From contig JAZDOD010000004.1 of assembly GCA_043798995.1 (NCBI GenBank), positions 47,860 through 111,859 of the forward strand: 64,000 nt of DNA, written 5' to 3'. Shown here piece after piece: positions 17,925 through 28,097 of the stretch. The notes under the pieces are model-generated. The model searched no databases. It was not told the DNA's origin and worked only from the letters and a program-made list of their open reading frames with translations. The translations under genes and the position numbers were made by a program. The first letter of the stretch is position 1. Each line of letters starts with the position of its first letter. This stretch comes from a bacterium. Lineage in GTDB: Bacteria > Patescibacteriota > Patescibacteriia > JAACEG01 > JAGUWE01.

Positions 17925-18578
17925 GTGAAAATAATTGGTGATTCTGTTTTGTTTTTTAAAAAGATTGTTAAGAAACGCGATGAAATTCTCCTGCCCTGGT
18001 TTAAAAAATACTGGCCGGAAAAATCTTTTTTAGGCGCTAACGCTTTGTGCTTCTACCGAATTATAATTTCTCTTTACATCATTGTTTTGCTTTTTCTTTA
18101 TCCTTTTGGTGAAATTAAGACTCAAATTTTCTTTTGGTTTGTTATTGGTGCTTTTTTTGATTTTCTTGACGGTTTGATTGCCCGGGCAAAAGAGAAAACA
18201 AGCTCGTTCGGCGCTTTTTTGGATCGTTTGGCTGATAAACTTTTGGTTTGTCCAATCTTGTTTTTGTTTTTATGGGATCTGCCGGCTAAATTTACCGCCG
18301 GATGTCTTATTTTTTTGGAAATCACCTCGGTTAGTATTGCCCTTTTGGCTAAGAAAAAAAACATTAACATCTCATCAAATTGGACCGGCAAATGGAAAAT
18401 GATGGCTCAGGTAATTTTGGTATTTATGATTTTTTTGGTTGAGGTGGAATCCTGGCAAAAATATAAATTAATTTATTGGGTTTGGCTGATGATGGGCCTG
18501 TCGTTGGGCAGTTTTATCGGTCATCTTCAGAATTATTGGCAAAACAAAAAAATCAATTTGAATGAATCAAAAAAATAA
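17925..18578 (+). CDS. CDP-alcohol phosphatidyltransferase family membrane protein
   Basis: D-G-x2-A-R-x8-G-x3-D-x3-D motif (DFLDGLIARAKEKTSSFGAFLDRLADKL); GTG start after AAAGGAGG. Confidence 0.65.
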   Translation: MKIIGDSVLFFKKIVKKRDEILLPWFKKYWPEKSFLGANALCFYRIIISLYIIVLLFLYPFGEIKTQIFFWFVIGAFFDFLDGLIARAKEKTSSFGAFLDRLADKLLVCPILFLFLWDLPAKFTAGCLIFLEITSVSIALLAKKKNINISSNWTGKWKMMAQVILVFMIFLVEVESWQKYKLIYWVWLMMGLSLGSFIGHLQNYWQNKKINLNESKK

Positions 18579-18608
18579 GGCGGTTTAAACCGCCTTTTAT
18601 TTTTTTAA
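18577..18608 (+). terminator. rho-independent terminator
   Basis: AAGGCGGTTTAAACCGCCTTTTATTTTTTT. Confidence 0.55.
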
Positions 18609-18673
18609 AAATTCTCTATAATATAACCACCGATGTAAATAACGGCGAATAAAATAATCGGTCAATAATTTCT

Positions 18674-20620
18674 ATGATTGCTAAAATTATACCTATTTTG
18701 CGGCTACCGGCTAATTTGGGGGTTTTTGATTATCTAATTCCAGAAGAACTGGCTGATAAAATTAAAAAGGGGCAACTTGTTAAAACTAATTTTCGAAACC
18801 AGAAAATAAATGGTTTAGTAATGGAAATAAAGGCCAAATCAACTATTGAAAAAAATAAACTTAAGCCAGTTTTGCAAATCATTGACGAGTTGCCTTTTTT
18901 AACAATTAACCAGTTAAAATTAATAAATTGGCTTTCTGACTATTATTATATCTCCCTGGCCTTAGCAGCTAAATTAATTATTAATTTTTCGCCCAAAACT
19001 GAAAAAAAAGAAATTGTGAAAAAAGAAAAAGAAATCAAGCTAAAGATGGATTTTTCAGCCGAAGAGAAAAAAATATTTAAAACACTTATTAAAAACAAAG
19101 AAAACCAACATCTTATCTGGTGCAACCGCGAAGAAATAAAACTTAATTTATATTTGGAGTTAATTAAAAATCTAAAAGGGGGTGAGATGCTAATTTTATT
19201 TCCGGACATTGACAGTTTGGAAAATACCGCAAATTATCTTAAAAAATATACCGCAAATTATCTTGTTGTAAGCAGCAACTTAAAGGAAAAAGAATTGGCT
19301 GCCGCTTGGCAAAAAATTAAAAATGGAGAAGCTCGGGTCATTTTGGGCACGCGGCTGGCTGTTTTTTATCCTTATCAGAATCTAAAATATTTAATCATTG
19401 ATGAAGAAAACAATCCCCATTACAAACAATGGGATATGAATCCGCGTTATGATGCCAAAGTCATTGCCCAAAAAATCGCCAAAAAATTTCAGGCCAAATT
19501 AATTTTTTTTACTGCCTTGCCAACGGTTGATTTTTTCTGGCAGGCTGAAAAAAATAAAATCAAATTGCACAAAATTTTAAAAACCGCGGCAAAGACCGAA
19601 ATTGTTGATTTGGCAGAAGAAATGAAAAAAGGCGATTTTTCAATCATCAGCCATATTTTAGAGGAAAAAATTAAGCAAAACTTGGCGGAAAAAAAACAAA
19701 TTGCCTTGATTTTAAATCGTAAGGGCTATGCGCGAATAACAGTCTGCCGAGATTGCGGTTTTATGGCTGAATGTCCAAACTGCGGAACGGCCCTAAATTT
19801 ATCCCACAATCGCCTTAAATGCCCCAATTGCAAATTTGAACAGGACAATCTTCTTTTTTGTCCGCGTTGCCACAATCCGGAAATAAAATCTCTCGGCAGC
19901 GGCACTCAAAAAATTGAGTCGGAAATCAGAAAAATTTTCCCGCAAATTAAAATTGCCCGCTTGGATTCTGATAATCAAAAAGATGCCAGCGCCATAAAAA
20001 AATTATTCCAAGAAAAGGAAATTGAAATTTTAATCGGCACCCAGATGATTCTTAAACCCTGGCTGAAAGAAAATCTTGGTCTGGTTGCTTTTACTAATAT
20101 TGACACTGATTTAAACCAGCCGGGATATCGCTCAACCGAAAATGCGTTGCAATTGATCGCTTATGCCCTGAGTCTGCTTAAAAAAAATGGTTGTTTACCC
20201 CCACACCCAAAAAGCCCCATCTTTCAAGGCGGTGATGAAGGGTGTGGAGGTTTACTTATCCAAACATTTCGCGCTGATAATCCGATTTTAAAAAATCTTA
20301 CCGAGGCGGATTGGCTAAATTTCTATAAAAAAGAAATTAAAGAGCGGCAAAATTTGCATTACCCTCCTTTTGGCACGCTTATCAAATTGATTTATCAAAA
20401 CAAAAACAAAAAAAAGGTTGAGCTAATGCCAGAAAAAATAGAAAAAAAATTAAAAGCCGCTTATCCGGAAGAACAAATTTTCAGTGTCAAAATTAAAAAA
20501 GTCAGGAATAATTATCAAAAAGCGATTTTAATCAAATCAAAACGAATTGATTTTCGTTTTAAAAAAAGTGATGTTCCCAATGACTGGTTAATTGATTTAA
20601 CGCCATATAATTTAGATTAA
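18674..20620 (+). CDS. priA: PriA-like primosomal protein with degenerate ATPase motifs
   Basis: PriA zinc-binding CRDCG...CPNCG...CPNCK...CPRCH and IIDEENNPHYKQ (DEEH-like) present, but no Walker A GxGKT anywhere; sits upstream of fmt. Confidence 0.7.
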   Translation: MIAKIIPILRLPANLGVFDYLIPEELADKIKKGQLVKTNFRNQKINGLVMEIKAKSTIEKNKLKPVLQIIDELPFLTINQLKLINWLSDYYYISLALAAKLIINFSPKTEKKEIVKKEKEIKLKMDFSAEEKKIFKTLIKNKENQHLIWCNREEIKLNLYLELIKNLKGGEMLILFPDIDSLENTANYLKKYTANYLVVSSNLKEKELAAAWQKIKNGEARVILGTRLAVFYPYQNLKYLIIDEENNPHYKQWDMNPRYDAKVIAQKIAKKFQAKLIFFTALPTVDFFWQAEKNKIKLHKILKTAAKTEIVDLAEEMKKGDFSIISHILEEKIKQNLAEKKQIALILNRKGYARITVCRDCGFMAECPNCGTALNLSHNRLKCPNCKFEQDNLLFCPRCHNPEIKSLGSGTQKIESEIRKIFPQIKIARLDSDNQKDASAIKKLFQEKEIEILIGTQMILKPWLKENLGLVAFTNIDTDLNQPGYRSTENALQLIAYALSLLKKNGCLPPHPKSPIFQGGDEGCGGLLIQTFRADNPILKNLTEADWLNFYKKEIKERQNLHYPPFGTLIKLIYQNKNKKKVELMPEKIEKKLKAAYPEEQIFSVKIKKVRNNYQKAILIKSKRIDFRFKKSDVPNDWLIDLTPYNLD

Positions 20621-20623
20621 AAA

Positions 20624-21580
20624 ATGATGAATAAAAAAACAACTAAAATTATTTTCATTGGCACGGCCGAATTTGCCGCTGTGATTCTTAATGCTTTAAT
20701 TAGAGATGACTGGTCGATTAAATTAATTATCACTCAACCGGACAGGCCAATCGGGCGGCATCAAATCCTTACTCCCCCACCTGTTAAAATAGAAGCTCAA
20801 AAACATAATGCGAATATTCTGCAGCCGCCGAGAATCGCTGATGCATTTGATCAAATTAAAAAAATTGAACCCGATTTAATTATCGCGGCCGCTTACAGCC
20901 AGCTTATTCCAAAAAAAATATTGGCTTTAGCGCGCTTAGGTTCGCTTAACATCCATCCCTCTCTTTTACCCCGCTATCGCGGACCAACTCCGATTCAAAC
21001 AGCAATCTTAAACGGCGAAAAATCAACAGGGGTAACAATTATTTTGATGGATGAAAAAATTGATCATGGGCCAATTGTCGCACAACGAGAATTAAAGAAT
21101 TATGAATTAAGAATTATGAATTATGGAGAATTAAATAGAAAACTTGCGGAATTGGGCGGAGATTTACTTGTTGAAACCTTGCCGAAATTTTTGAAAGGCG
21201 AAATCATTCCCCTGCCACAGGATGAAACAAAGGCAACTTACACGAAAATTTTAACCAAAGATGATGGCAAAATTGACTGGCAGAAAAAGGCAAAAGCAAT
21301 TGAACGCCAAATCCGGGCTTATAATCCCTGGCCCGGCAGCTGGACAGAATTTAATTTAAAAGAAAAAATTAAAAAGTTAAAAATAACTCGGGTAGAAATA
21401 TTAGAAACTGAAAAACCTAACGGCGAAATCGGGAAATTATTTTTAACTGAAAATAAAAAAATGGCCGTCACTTGCGGCCAAGGCAGTTTAATTTTAGAAA
21501 AAGTCCAGCCAGAAGGCAAAACTGAAATGATCGGCTCTAACTTTCATCACGGTTATGGTCAAATTAAAAAGTTGGGATAA
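20624..21580 (+). CDS. fmt: methionyl-tRNA formyltransferase
   Basis: Formyltransferase N-domain with SLLPRYRGPTPIQ and HxSLLP motifs, C-terminal domain; ~318 aa. Confidence 0.9.
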   Translation: MMNKKTTKIIFIGTAEFAAVILNALIRDDWSIKLIITQPDRPIGRHQILTPPPVKIEAQKHNANILQPPRIADAFDQIKKIEPDLIIAAAYSQLIPKKILALARLGSLNIHPSLLPRYRGPTPIQTAILNGEKSTGVTIILMDEKIDHGPIVAQRELKNYELRIMNYGELNRKLAELGGDLLVETLPKFLKGEIIPLPQDETKATYTKILTKDDGKIDWQKKAKAIERQIRAYNPWPGSWTEFNLKEKIKKLKITRVEILETEKPNGEIGKLFLTENKKMAVTCGQGSLILEKVQPEGKTEMIGSNFHHGYGQIKKLG

Positions 21581-21582
21581 AA

Positions 21583-21951
21583 TTATTTATTCAATACTTT
21601 CTGAATTTTTTCCATTATCTGATCAGGAGTAAAATAAGCTTTAACCAAATAATCAACCGCGCCTAAAGCTAGGCCTTTTTTTATTTCTTCTCTTTGCCCT
21701 AAGTTGGATAAAATTATAACACGAATAGAAGCCGTCAATGGCTCCTCTTTTATTTTGGCCAAAACATCAAAACCATTTATCCCCGGCAAAATCAGATCCA
21801 GCAAAATCAAATCAGGTTTTTCATTTTTGGATTTTTCTAAACCGTCCTCGCCATCAATTGATTCAATTACTTCAAAACCGCCGGCGGTGAGTTTGCGGCT
21901 AATCAGTCCTCTTAAAAATTTTTCATCCTCAATTATAAGAATTTTAGCCAT
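21583..21951 (-). CDS. stand-alone response-regulator receiver (CheY-like) protein
   Basis: ILIIEDE acidic pocket, LILLDLILPG phospho-acceptor Asp, conserved Lys; no output domain, no kinase nearby. Confidence 0.8.
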   Translation of the reverse strand: MAKILIIEDEKFLRGLISRKLTAGGFEVIESIDGEDGLEKSKNEKPDLILLDLILPGINGFDVLAKIKEEPLTASIRVIILSNLGQREEIKKGLALGAVDYLVKAYFTPDQIMEKIQKVLNK

Positions 21952-22113
21952 TTTTGTATCATATTTAATTAATTGTCTTACTGTTTTTATTATATAAGTT
22001 TTTTACTTTTTTTTCAAGTCTTTTTTCTGGTTTAGGCTCATCTACTATTTATTCTGATTTTACAATTAAATCATTGGGCAACCAAAAAATAGTAATAGGT
22101 AACATTATTAATA

Positions 22114-23634
22114 TCATAAAACTTCAAAAATTGCACTTACCAGTATTAAATAACCAATTCCTAAAGGATGATTAAGATAAGGGCTAAAAATGCTGGTGCT
22201 GGCAATGACAATTATACCTAAAAGAAAACTTAAGATCAGAAATCTTTTAAATGGATAATCCTGAAAATTATTTTTAAGTTTTTGCCATCCCTTTTGCCAA
22301 ATTTGATAAATTAAAAATAAATAACTAATCAATCCTAACAGACCTAATTTAAGCCAAATGTCTAAATAGCCCCACTCAAAAGCATAAGTTGTATAAAAAC
22401 CGCCTTGACTCTGGGAAAGTTGGCGCGGATCCTGGCTTTGATAGGTAACGGTTTTGCCAAAACCGGCGCCCAAAAAAAAATTATTTTTTATTTCCTGCCA
22501 CAAAGGAGATAAAAGATTCCAGCGACTGGCTACCGCCGCTTCTCCGGAAATTGATAAAGCCCTTTCGCTTAAAAGACCAGCTAAAGAAACTCCAGTTGGC
22601 TTTGGATAAGGAAATTCAACAATTGCAAAAATTAGGATTAAACTAAAAATTAAAACTCCAAGGCAGTAACCAGCTAACCTAAATAAAGAAATGACTTGTT
22701 CTTTTTCCTGAAAAAGAATAATCGCCACAAAGCCAACTGATCCTCCTATTAAACCAATCCAAAAACTGCGTGATAGAGAAACAATAATACTGCTTAAAAA
22801 TAAAATATTAAAAATTAAAAATAAAAAGTTCTCCTTATTTATTTTTTTAAAGGACAAATTTCCTTTGATTCTGGCAGAAGTATAAATGGAAGTAATTAAA
22901 ATGAATAAGGCAATTAAAATATAAATCTGCGACTGAAAGAAAATGCGATAAAAGCCAGTTCCCATATCGGTAATTTCTGCTAAACCTGAGTCACTAAGCC
23001 AACGATAAAGAATTAACATTTCAATCATTTGATGAGAAAAGATAAAAAAAAGTATTAAAGTCTTAAGGCACAAAACTAAAACCGAAGCAAAAAAGATCTG
23101 TAAAATATTCTTCACCTCCTTGACTGAAACAATGGCATCAAAAAAGACAAAAACCAAACCGAAATAAAGCCAGCCATTAGCATCAAAAAAAATATTAGAG
23201 AAACTATTTTGCTTAATAAAAGCGATGATTATACCCCAAAATAAAAAACAAAAGAATAAAAAATAAAAAACTAATAAACCGCTTTGCCTTATCTTAAAAT
23301 AAGGCCTAAAAGTTCTATTTTTAAAATAATAAACAATAACTTTTGCCAACCAAACGCTGATTAAAACCAAAAACAAAGCGATTCTCAAAGAAATCAAAAA
23401 ACCATCAATCTCTAAGTAAAACAAATAACCCTTACTAGCCGTAAAAAGTTCGGCTAAAATAATATAAAGACCATACTCAAGTTTAATTAAACCTAAAATA
23501 AGTGTTATTAAAATTATCGTAAAAAAAACTGTCTGACCAAAGAGTGGCTGCAAATAACCAAGAAGCGACAATAATTCAAAAAAAACAAGGCCCGTTAAAG
23601 TGATTTTAAAATATTTACCAAAAAAATTTTCCAT
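22114..23634 (-). CDS. polytopic membrane protein, possibly O-antigen ligase/polymerase-like
   Basis: 506 aa with >=12 predicted TM helices, located in a glycosyltransferase cluster. Confidence 0.35.
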   Translation of the reverse strand: MENFFGKYFKITLTGLVFFELLSLLGYLQPLFGQTVFFTIILITLILGLIKLEYGLYIILAELFTASKGYLFYLEIDGFLISLRIALFLVLISVWLAKVIVYYFKNRTFRPYFKIRQSGLLVFYFLFFCFLFWGIIIAFIKQNSFSNIFFDANGWLYFGLVFVFFDAIVSVKEVKNILQIFFASVLVLCLKTLILFFIFSHQMIEMLILYRWLSDSGLAEITDMGTGFYRIFFQSQIYILIALFILITSIYTSARIKGNLSFKKINKENFLFLIFNILFLSSIIVSLSRSFWIGLIGGSVGFVAIILFQEKEQVISLFRLAGYCLGVLIFSLILIFAIVEFPYPKPTGVSLAGLLSERALSISGEAAVASRWNLLSPLWQEIKNNFFLGAGFGKTVTYQSQDPRQLSQSQGGFYTTYAFEWGYLDIWLKLGLLGLISYLFLIYQIWQKGWQKLKNNFQDYPFKRFLILSFLLGIIVIASTSIFSPYLNHPLGIGYLILVSAIFEVL

Positions 23635-23651
23635 AAATTCAACCTATTTTT

Positions 23652-23870
23652 TTATCTTAAGGCGAGGAAAATAATTTTACGGAGCATCCACCCCGAATAA
23701 ATTGCTTCGCAATTATACGGGGCAAGCAGGCAAAATTTTGCCGCCTGCCCCGCACCATACCGCTTTAGCGGGATTGGTGCGAGGAGGACTGAGCGAATTT
23801 GCCGCTGGAGCAAATGAGCGACTCCGGAAAATTGTTTCCCGAGCAAATCTGTTAAAAAATTTAAACTATA
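23652..23870. ncRNA. GC-rich structured intergenic island, candidate ncRNA or repeat
   Basis: Nested hairpins CCCCGAATAAATTGCTTCGCAATTATACGGGG, GCAGGCAAAATTTTGCCGCCTGC, CGCACCATACCGCTTTAGCGGGATTGGTGCG between two minus-strand genes. Confidence 0.25.
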
Positions 23871-24794
23871 TTACATTTTCCCCTGTGGTCGCGATTTAAC
23901 TTTTAAAACTTGGCTTAAGTAAGCTAAGGGTAAACTAATTGGCTGAAGCAGTAATAAACCAAAATACGATAGTTTGCTTTGGTGTTTTTTAAAATAAATG
24001 AGCATCCCTCCGTTGAATCGCTTTTGTTTTTCTAAACTTAATTTTTGAGCAAAGCTTTTTCCTTCATAATGAATAATTTTAGTGATCGGCGTATAAAAAA
24101 TCGTCTCCCCTGCTTTTCTTATTCTTTTACATAAATCAACGTCTTCCCACCAAAGCCAATAATCTTCGTCCCAGCCGCCGATTTTTTCAAAAAGATCGCG
24201 CCGAATAAAAACAAAAGCGCCCATTATCTGTTCAACAACTTGGGTTTTTTCATAATCAAAATCCTTGGCTAAATAATTTTTAACCGCTGGTAACCATTTT
24301 AAAAAATGGTGTAATTTCAAAAGGATAAAAAATTGCGGCCAAAAAGTCGGATCGCGTTTGATATTATTTTGAATTTTACCGTCCGGATAAAAAAGCGCGG
24401 CGGTGCAAGCGCCGACAGTTCTATTCTCGTCCAAAAACTTAACCAATTTTTCAGCTGAATTCTCTATTAGTTCCATATCCGGATTCATAAAAAGTAAATA
24501 ACGACCATCGGCAATTTTTGCTCCTTGATTATTAGCCCGAGCAAAACCAGCGTTAAAATCATTCAAAATTAACTTTAAACTACTGCGCCAAGATGCCATT
24601 TCTTTAAGCATTTCTTTTGAACCGTCACCTGAATTATTATCAACCACAATCACTTCAAAACTGATGTTTTTAGTTTTTTCAAAAATTGAAACAAGATTTC
24701 TTTTAAGCAAATCTCTAACATTCCAATTAACTATAACAATTGATAAATCCATAAAAATAAGTTTATTCTCTTTAATTTTATCAAAATTAAACAA
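23871..24794 (-). CDS. family 2 glycosyltransferase
   Basis: VVDNNSGDGS and DxD-type motifs, GT-A fold signature. Confidence 0.8.
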   Translation of the reverse strand: MFNFDKIKENKLIFMDLSIVIVNWNVRDLLKRNLVSIFEKTKNISFEVIVVDNNSGDGSKEMLKEMASWRSSLKLILNDFNAGFARANNQGAKIADGRYLLFMNPDMELIENSAEKLVKFLDENRTVGACTAALFYPDGKIQNNIKRDPTFWPQFFILLKLHHFLKWLPAVKNYLAKDFDYEKTQVVEQIMGAFVFIRRDLFEKIGGWDEDYWLWWEDVDLCKRIRKAGETIFYTPITKIIHYEGKSFAQKLSLEKQKRFNGGMLIYFKKHQSKLSYFGLLLLQPISLPLAYLSQVLKVKSRPQGKM

Positions 24795-25037
24795 AAATTA
24801 AAAACCAGAGAAAAGATTTAATAATTACCTCTGGTTTTTGACACAAAATTAAGTTTGATATCGTAAATATAATTCTTCAATTAATTTTTTTTGGGTCTCC
24901 AAATCCAAACCAAAACGTCTAAGCCGCGCTTTTTCATGGCGGATGAATTTTCTAACCGATTGAGGTAGTTTATGACGCCGCATATAAAATTAAAATCTGC
25001 TTTTAACAGATCAAGATTCTATTTGGTAACTATTTAT

Positions 25038-25130
25038 AGCCGAGATTAAAAAATTTTCTTCTGCGGAACTCGTCCCGCTAGCTGAGCGGGACTCAAACAA
25101 TCCTCGTACGAAAATTTTTTAATCTCGGCT
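25038..25130. repeat. composite inverted-repeat element (21-bp AT-rich stem enclosing GC hairpin) 3' of mreB
   Basis: AGCCGAGATTAAAAAATTTTC ... GAAAATTTTTTAATCTCGGCT perfect IR around GTCCCGCTAGCTGAGCGGGAC. Confidence 0.45.
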
Positions 25131-25155
25131 GGTTAACTAAACGGTTGGTAATATT

Positions 25156-26178
25156 TTACTTAGCCGCAATAATACTTCGCTTATAGAGTTCAAGGTTTTC
25201 CAAAGCAATGCCAGTGCCTTTGGCAACACAAAGCATTGGCTCATCAGCCACAAAGGCCTGAACTCCAATTGCTCGTGTTAAAAGTTTATCAATATTTCTC
25301 AACTGACTGCTGCCGCCCGAAAGAATCATGCCCTTATCAATCACGTCAGCAGATAGTTCCGGCGGCGTTTTTTGTAAAACTGATTTAACGGCTACGATAA
25401 TGCCATTTAATTCTTCCTGAATTGCCTCAGTCATATCATCAGAAGTCACCATTACTGTCTTGGGAAGACCGCTAATCATATCACGACCCTTAACTTCGGT
25501 TTTAAGTTTTTCTTCTAAATACATAGCCGAACCAAGACTGATTTTAACTTCTTCTGCTGTTCTTTCACCAATAGCTAAAGAATATTTTTTACGAATATAT
25601 TCAGCAATAGCAGCGTCAAATTTATTGCCACCAATACGAACAGAGGTAGCAGCCACAATTCCGCCCAATGAAATTACAGCGATTTCTGAAGTACCACCAC
25701 CAATATCAATTATCATATGACCTGAAGCGCTGCCAATCGGAATATTAGCACCGATAGCCGCGACAATCGGTTCTTTAATGATATAAGCAGCTTTAGCTCC
25801 GGCTGCCACGGTGGCATCAATAACAGCTCTTTTCTCAGTTGAGGTAATGCCAGCTGGCACTGCTACCATAACTTCCGGCCTAAAAAATCTTATTCCGCCC
25901 AAAGCTTTTCTGATAAAATAACGAAGCATGGCCTCGGTTGTTTTATAATCAGCAATCACGCCGTCTTTTAAGGGACGGCTGGCAATAATTGTGTCGGGCG
26001 TCCGACCAATCATTTCTTTAGCTTCAGCACCCACTGCCAAAACTTCGCCATCAGTCAAAGAAATAGCCACAACTGAAGGTTCATTAATCACAATTCCCCG
26101 TTTTGGAATATATACCAAAACAGTGGTCGTGCCTAAATCTATGCCAATTTTCTTTTGAAACATAAAATTAAAACTCAA
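25156..26178 (-). CDS. mreB: rod-shape determining protein MreB
   Basis: Actin-fold motifs IGIDLGTTTV, DIGGGTSEIAV; 340 aa. Confidence 0.95.
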   Translation of the reverse strand: MSFNFMFQKKIGIDLGTTTVLVYIPKRGIVINEPSVVAISLTDGEVLAVGAEAKEMIGRTPDTIIASRPLKDGVIADYKTTEAMLRYFIRKALGGIRFFRPEVMVAVPAGITSTEKRAVIDATVAAGAKAAYIIKEPIVAAIGANIPIGSASGHMIIDIGGGTSEIAVISLGGIVAATSVRIGGNKFDAAIAEYIRKKYSLAIGERTAEEVKISLGSAMYLEEKLKTEVKGRDMISGLPKTVMVTSDDMTEAIQEELNGIIVAVKSVLQKTPPELSADVIDKGMILSGGSSQLRNIDKLLTRAIGVQAFVADEPMLCVAKGTGIALENLELYKRSIIAAK

Positions 26179-26246
26179 AACTCAAAAATTTATTTGATTC
26201 GCCAGCCCGCTTTCCACGCCTAGACTCGGCGAGACTGACCAAAGAT

Positions 26247-27086
26247 TCAGCGAGACGAGCCGGCTGATTGACACTGGGATTTATTTCTGTATTTCCAAAA
26301 ATATTTCAACCATTCTTTAATGTGAATTCGCGTTGTCCTGTTAAATAAGCTTTTAAACCAATCCATATCCGCTGATTCACGACGATGAAGATGAATCATT
26401 TGTGATTCAGATACATAATAAACCTGATAGTTATTTAACCAAAAACGCTTTGCCCAATCAACGTCGCTAAAATAAAGATAGAATCTTTCATCAAAAAGTC
26501 CAACTTTTTCTAAAGCACTTCCACGGACAATTAAAGCGCTGCCTAAAAGCCAATCAACCGGCTTTGTTTTATTATGATCCCAATCTTTCATTATATACCA
26601 ATCAATTTTCTTTCGGATAAAAGGTAACCTGCCCAAAGGAGTTCGCCGATATGCTGGCATTAAAAATTTCGGAAAACGAAAACAGGAAAACTGAAGACTC
26701 CCATCAGTATTAATTAATTTGGGGCCGGCTAAACCAACTTCAGGATGATCTTCCATAAAATGATATAACTTTTCGATTGAACTGGCAAGGGGCTTAATAT
26801 CAGAATTAAATATCAGTAAATATTTCCCTTGTGCTTCTTTTGCGCCTAAATTATTACCAGCTGAATAACCAAGATTTTCTTTTGATTCAATTAATTTAAT
26901 TTGCGACTTGTGACCGTAAAATAATTTAACCATTTCCACGCTGCCATCGCGGGAATTATTGTCAACCACGATAATTTCAAAATCAAAAGGCAGGTTTAAT
27001 TCTAAAATATTTTTTAGGTGATATTTAAGTAACCCTCTGGTCTTGTAATTGACGATGATAATTGAAATATTCATAACATTATTCAA
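26247..27086 (-). CDS. family 2 glycosyltransferase
   Basis: IVVDNNSRDGS, DxD-type motif; GC-rich repeat sequence forms its last codons. Confidence 0.8.
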   Translation of the reverse strand: MNNVMNISIIIVNYKTRGLLKYHLKNILELNLPFDFEIIVVDNNSRDGSVEMVKLFYGHKSQIKLIESKENLGYSAGNNLGAKEAQGKYLLIFNSDIKPLASSIEKLYHFMEDHPEVGLAGPKLINTDGSLQFSCFRFPKFLMPAYRRTPLGRLPFIRKKIDWYIMKDWDHNKTKPVDWLLGSALIVRGSALEKVGLFDERFYLYFSDVDWAKRFWLNNYQVYYVSESQMIHLHRRESADMDWFKSLFNRTTRIHIKEWLKYFWKYRNKSQCQSAGSSR

Positions 27087-28077
27087 ACCATCTAAACAGT
27101 TCCTTATTAGAAATTTTTTTATTTTTCATAATAATTTTTCTTTTCTTGACCATTGCCGGCAGTTTTTGAAAAATGATAGGAACATCTTTAAAAGTTTTTG
27201 TTTCAAAAAATAAAAGATAAAAAAATTTAGTTAATTCGTAGATAAAAATATAAGGAAAAAGCCAAAAAAAATTATACCAGGTCAAATTTTTAATTAAAAT
27301 AAACCAGTGGTTTTTGTAAGAATGAAACTTAATGAATTCACTTTTTTTGCGCCGATAACTAATCATTGAAAAATTGAACCCGGCTTTTACTCCCTGAGCG
27401 CTACGATCATGATAAGCAATTGCCCGCGGCAAATACCAAATTTCCCAGCCATAAAGCCGCAAACGATAATTTAAATCAATGTCTTCTTTGTAGGAAAAAA
27501 AATCTTCGTCAAAATATTCTTTGTCAATTTTAACATCTTCCAGGGCAAGACGACGATACAAAGGAATGGTGGCGGAAACTCCAAATACTTGAGATGATTT
27601 ATCATATTGACCATGGTCTTCTTCACCGGTCCCCATTTCCACCACTTGATGAGTCCGAAAAATTTTCTGTCCGACCGAATCAATAATTTTAGTTTTCCCC
27701 TTATCTTTCAATTTTAAAAGTTTTCCGCCGGCTAAGCCCGTTTTTTTATTTTTATCCATAAATTCAACTAATTGGGCCAAAAAATCCGGTTCCAAAATAA
27801 CATCCTGATTTAAAATTAAAACATAATCGCTTGGAGATTGATCAATACCTAAATTATGGCCTTTGGCAAAACCCAAATTTTTTTGATTTTTAATGAGCTT
27901 GATTTGGGGGTAATTTTTTTCAAAAAATGCGACGGTTCCATCCGAAGAGCCATTATCAATAACTAAAATTTCAAAATCCTTAAAAGTTTGGGTGAAAATT
28001 GAAGACATTAAAGCTTCAAGGTATTTCTCGCCATTCCAAGTAACAAGACTGATGGCAACTTTTTTATAAGAAAACAT
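27079..28077 (-). CDS. family 2 glycosyltransferase
   Basis: LVIDNGSSDGT, DxD motif; 8-nt overlap with downstream GT2. Confidence 0.8.
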   Translation of the reverse strand: MFSYKKVAISLVTWNGEKYLEALMSSIFTQTFKDFEILVIDNGSSDGTVAFFEKNYPQIKLIKNQKNLGFAKGHNLGIDQSPSDYVLILNQDVILEPDFLAQLVEFMDKNKKTGLAGGKLLKLKDKGKTKIIDSVGQKIFRTHQVVEMGTGEEDHGQYDKSSQVFGVSATIPLYRRLALEDVKIDKEYFDEDFFSYKEDIDLNYRLRLYGWEIWYLPRAIAYHDRSAQGVKAGFNFSMISYRRKKSEFIKFHSYKNHWFILIKNLTWYNFFWLFPYIFIYELTKFFYLLFFETKTFKDVPIIFQKLPAMVKKRKIIMKNKKISNKELFRWFE

Positions 28078-28097
28078 ATTATACTATAACTTAATAC

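Noticed and set aside
24846-24990. 44-aa minus-strand ORF (MRRHKLPQSVRKFIRHEKARLRRFGL...) downstream of mreB
   Set aside because: Basic, plausible small protein, but no convincing RBS and no family recognised. Below the reporting threshold, left as unresolved.
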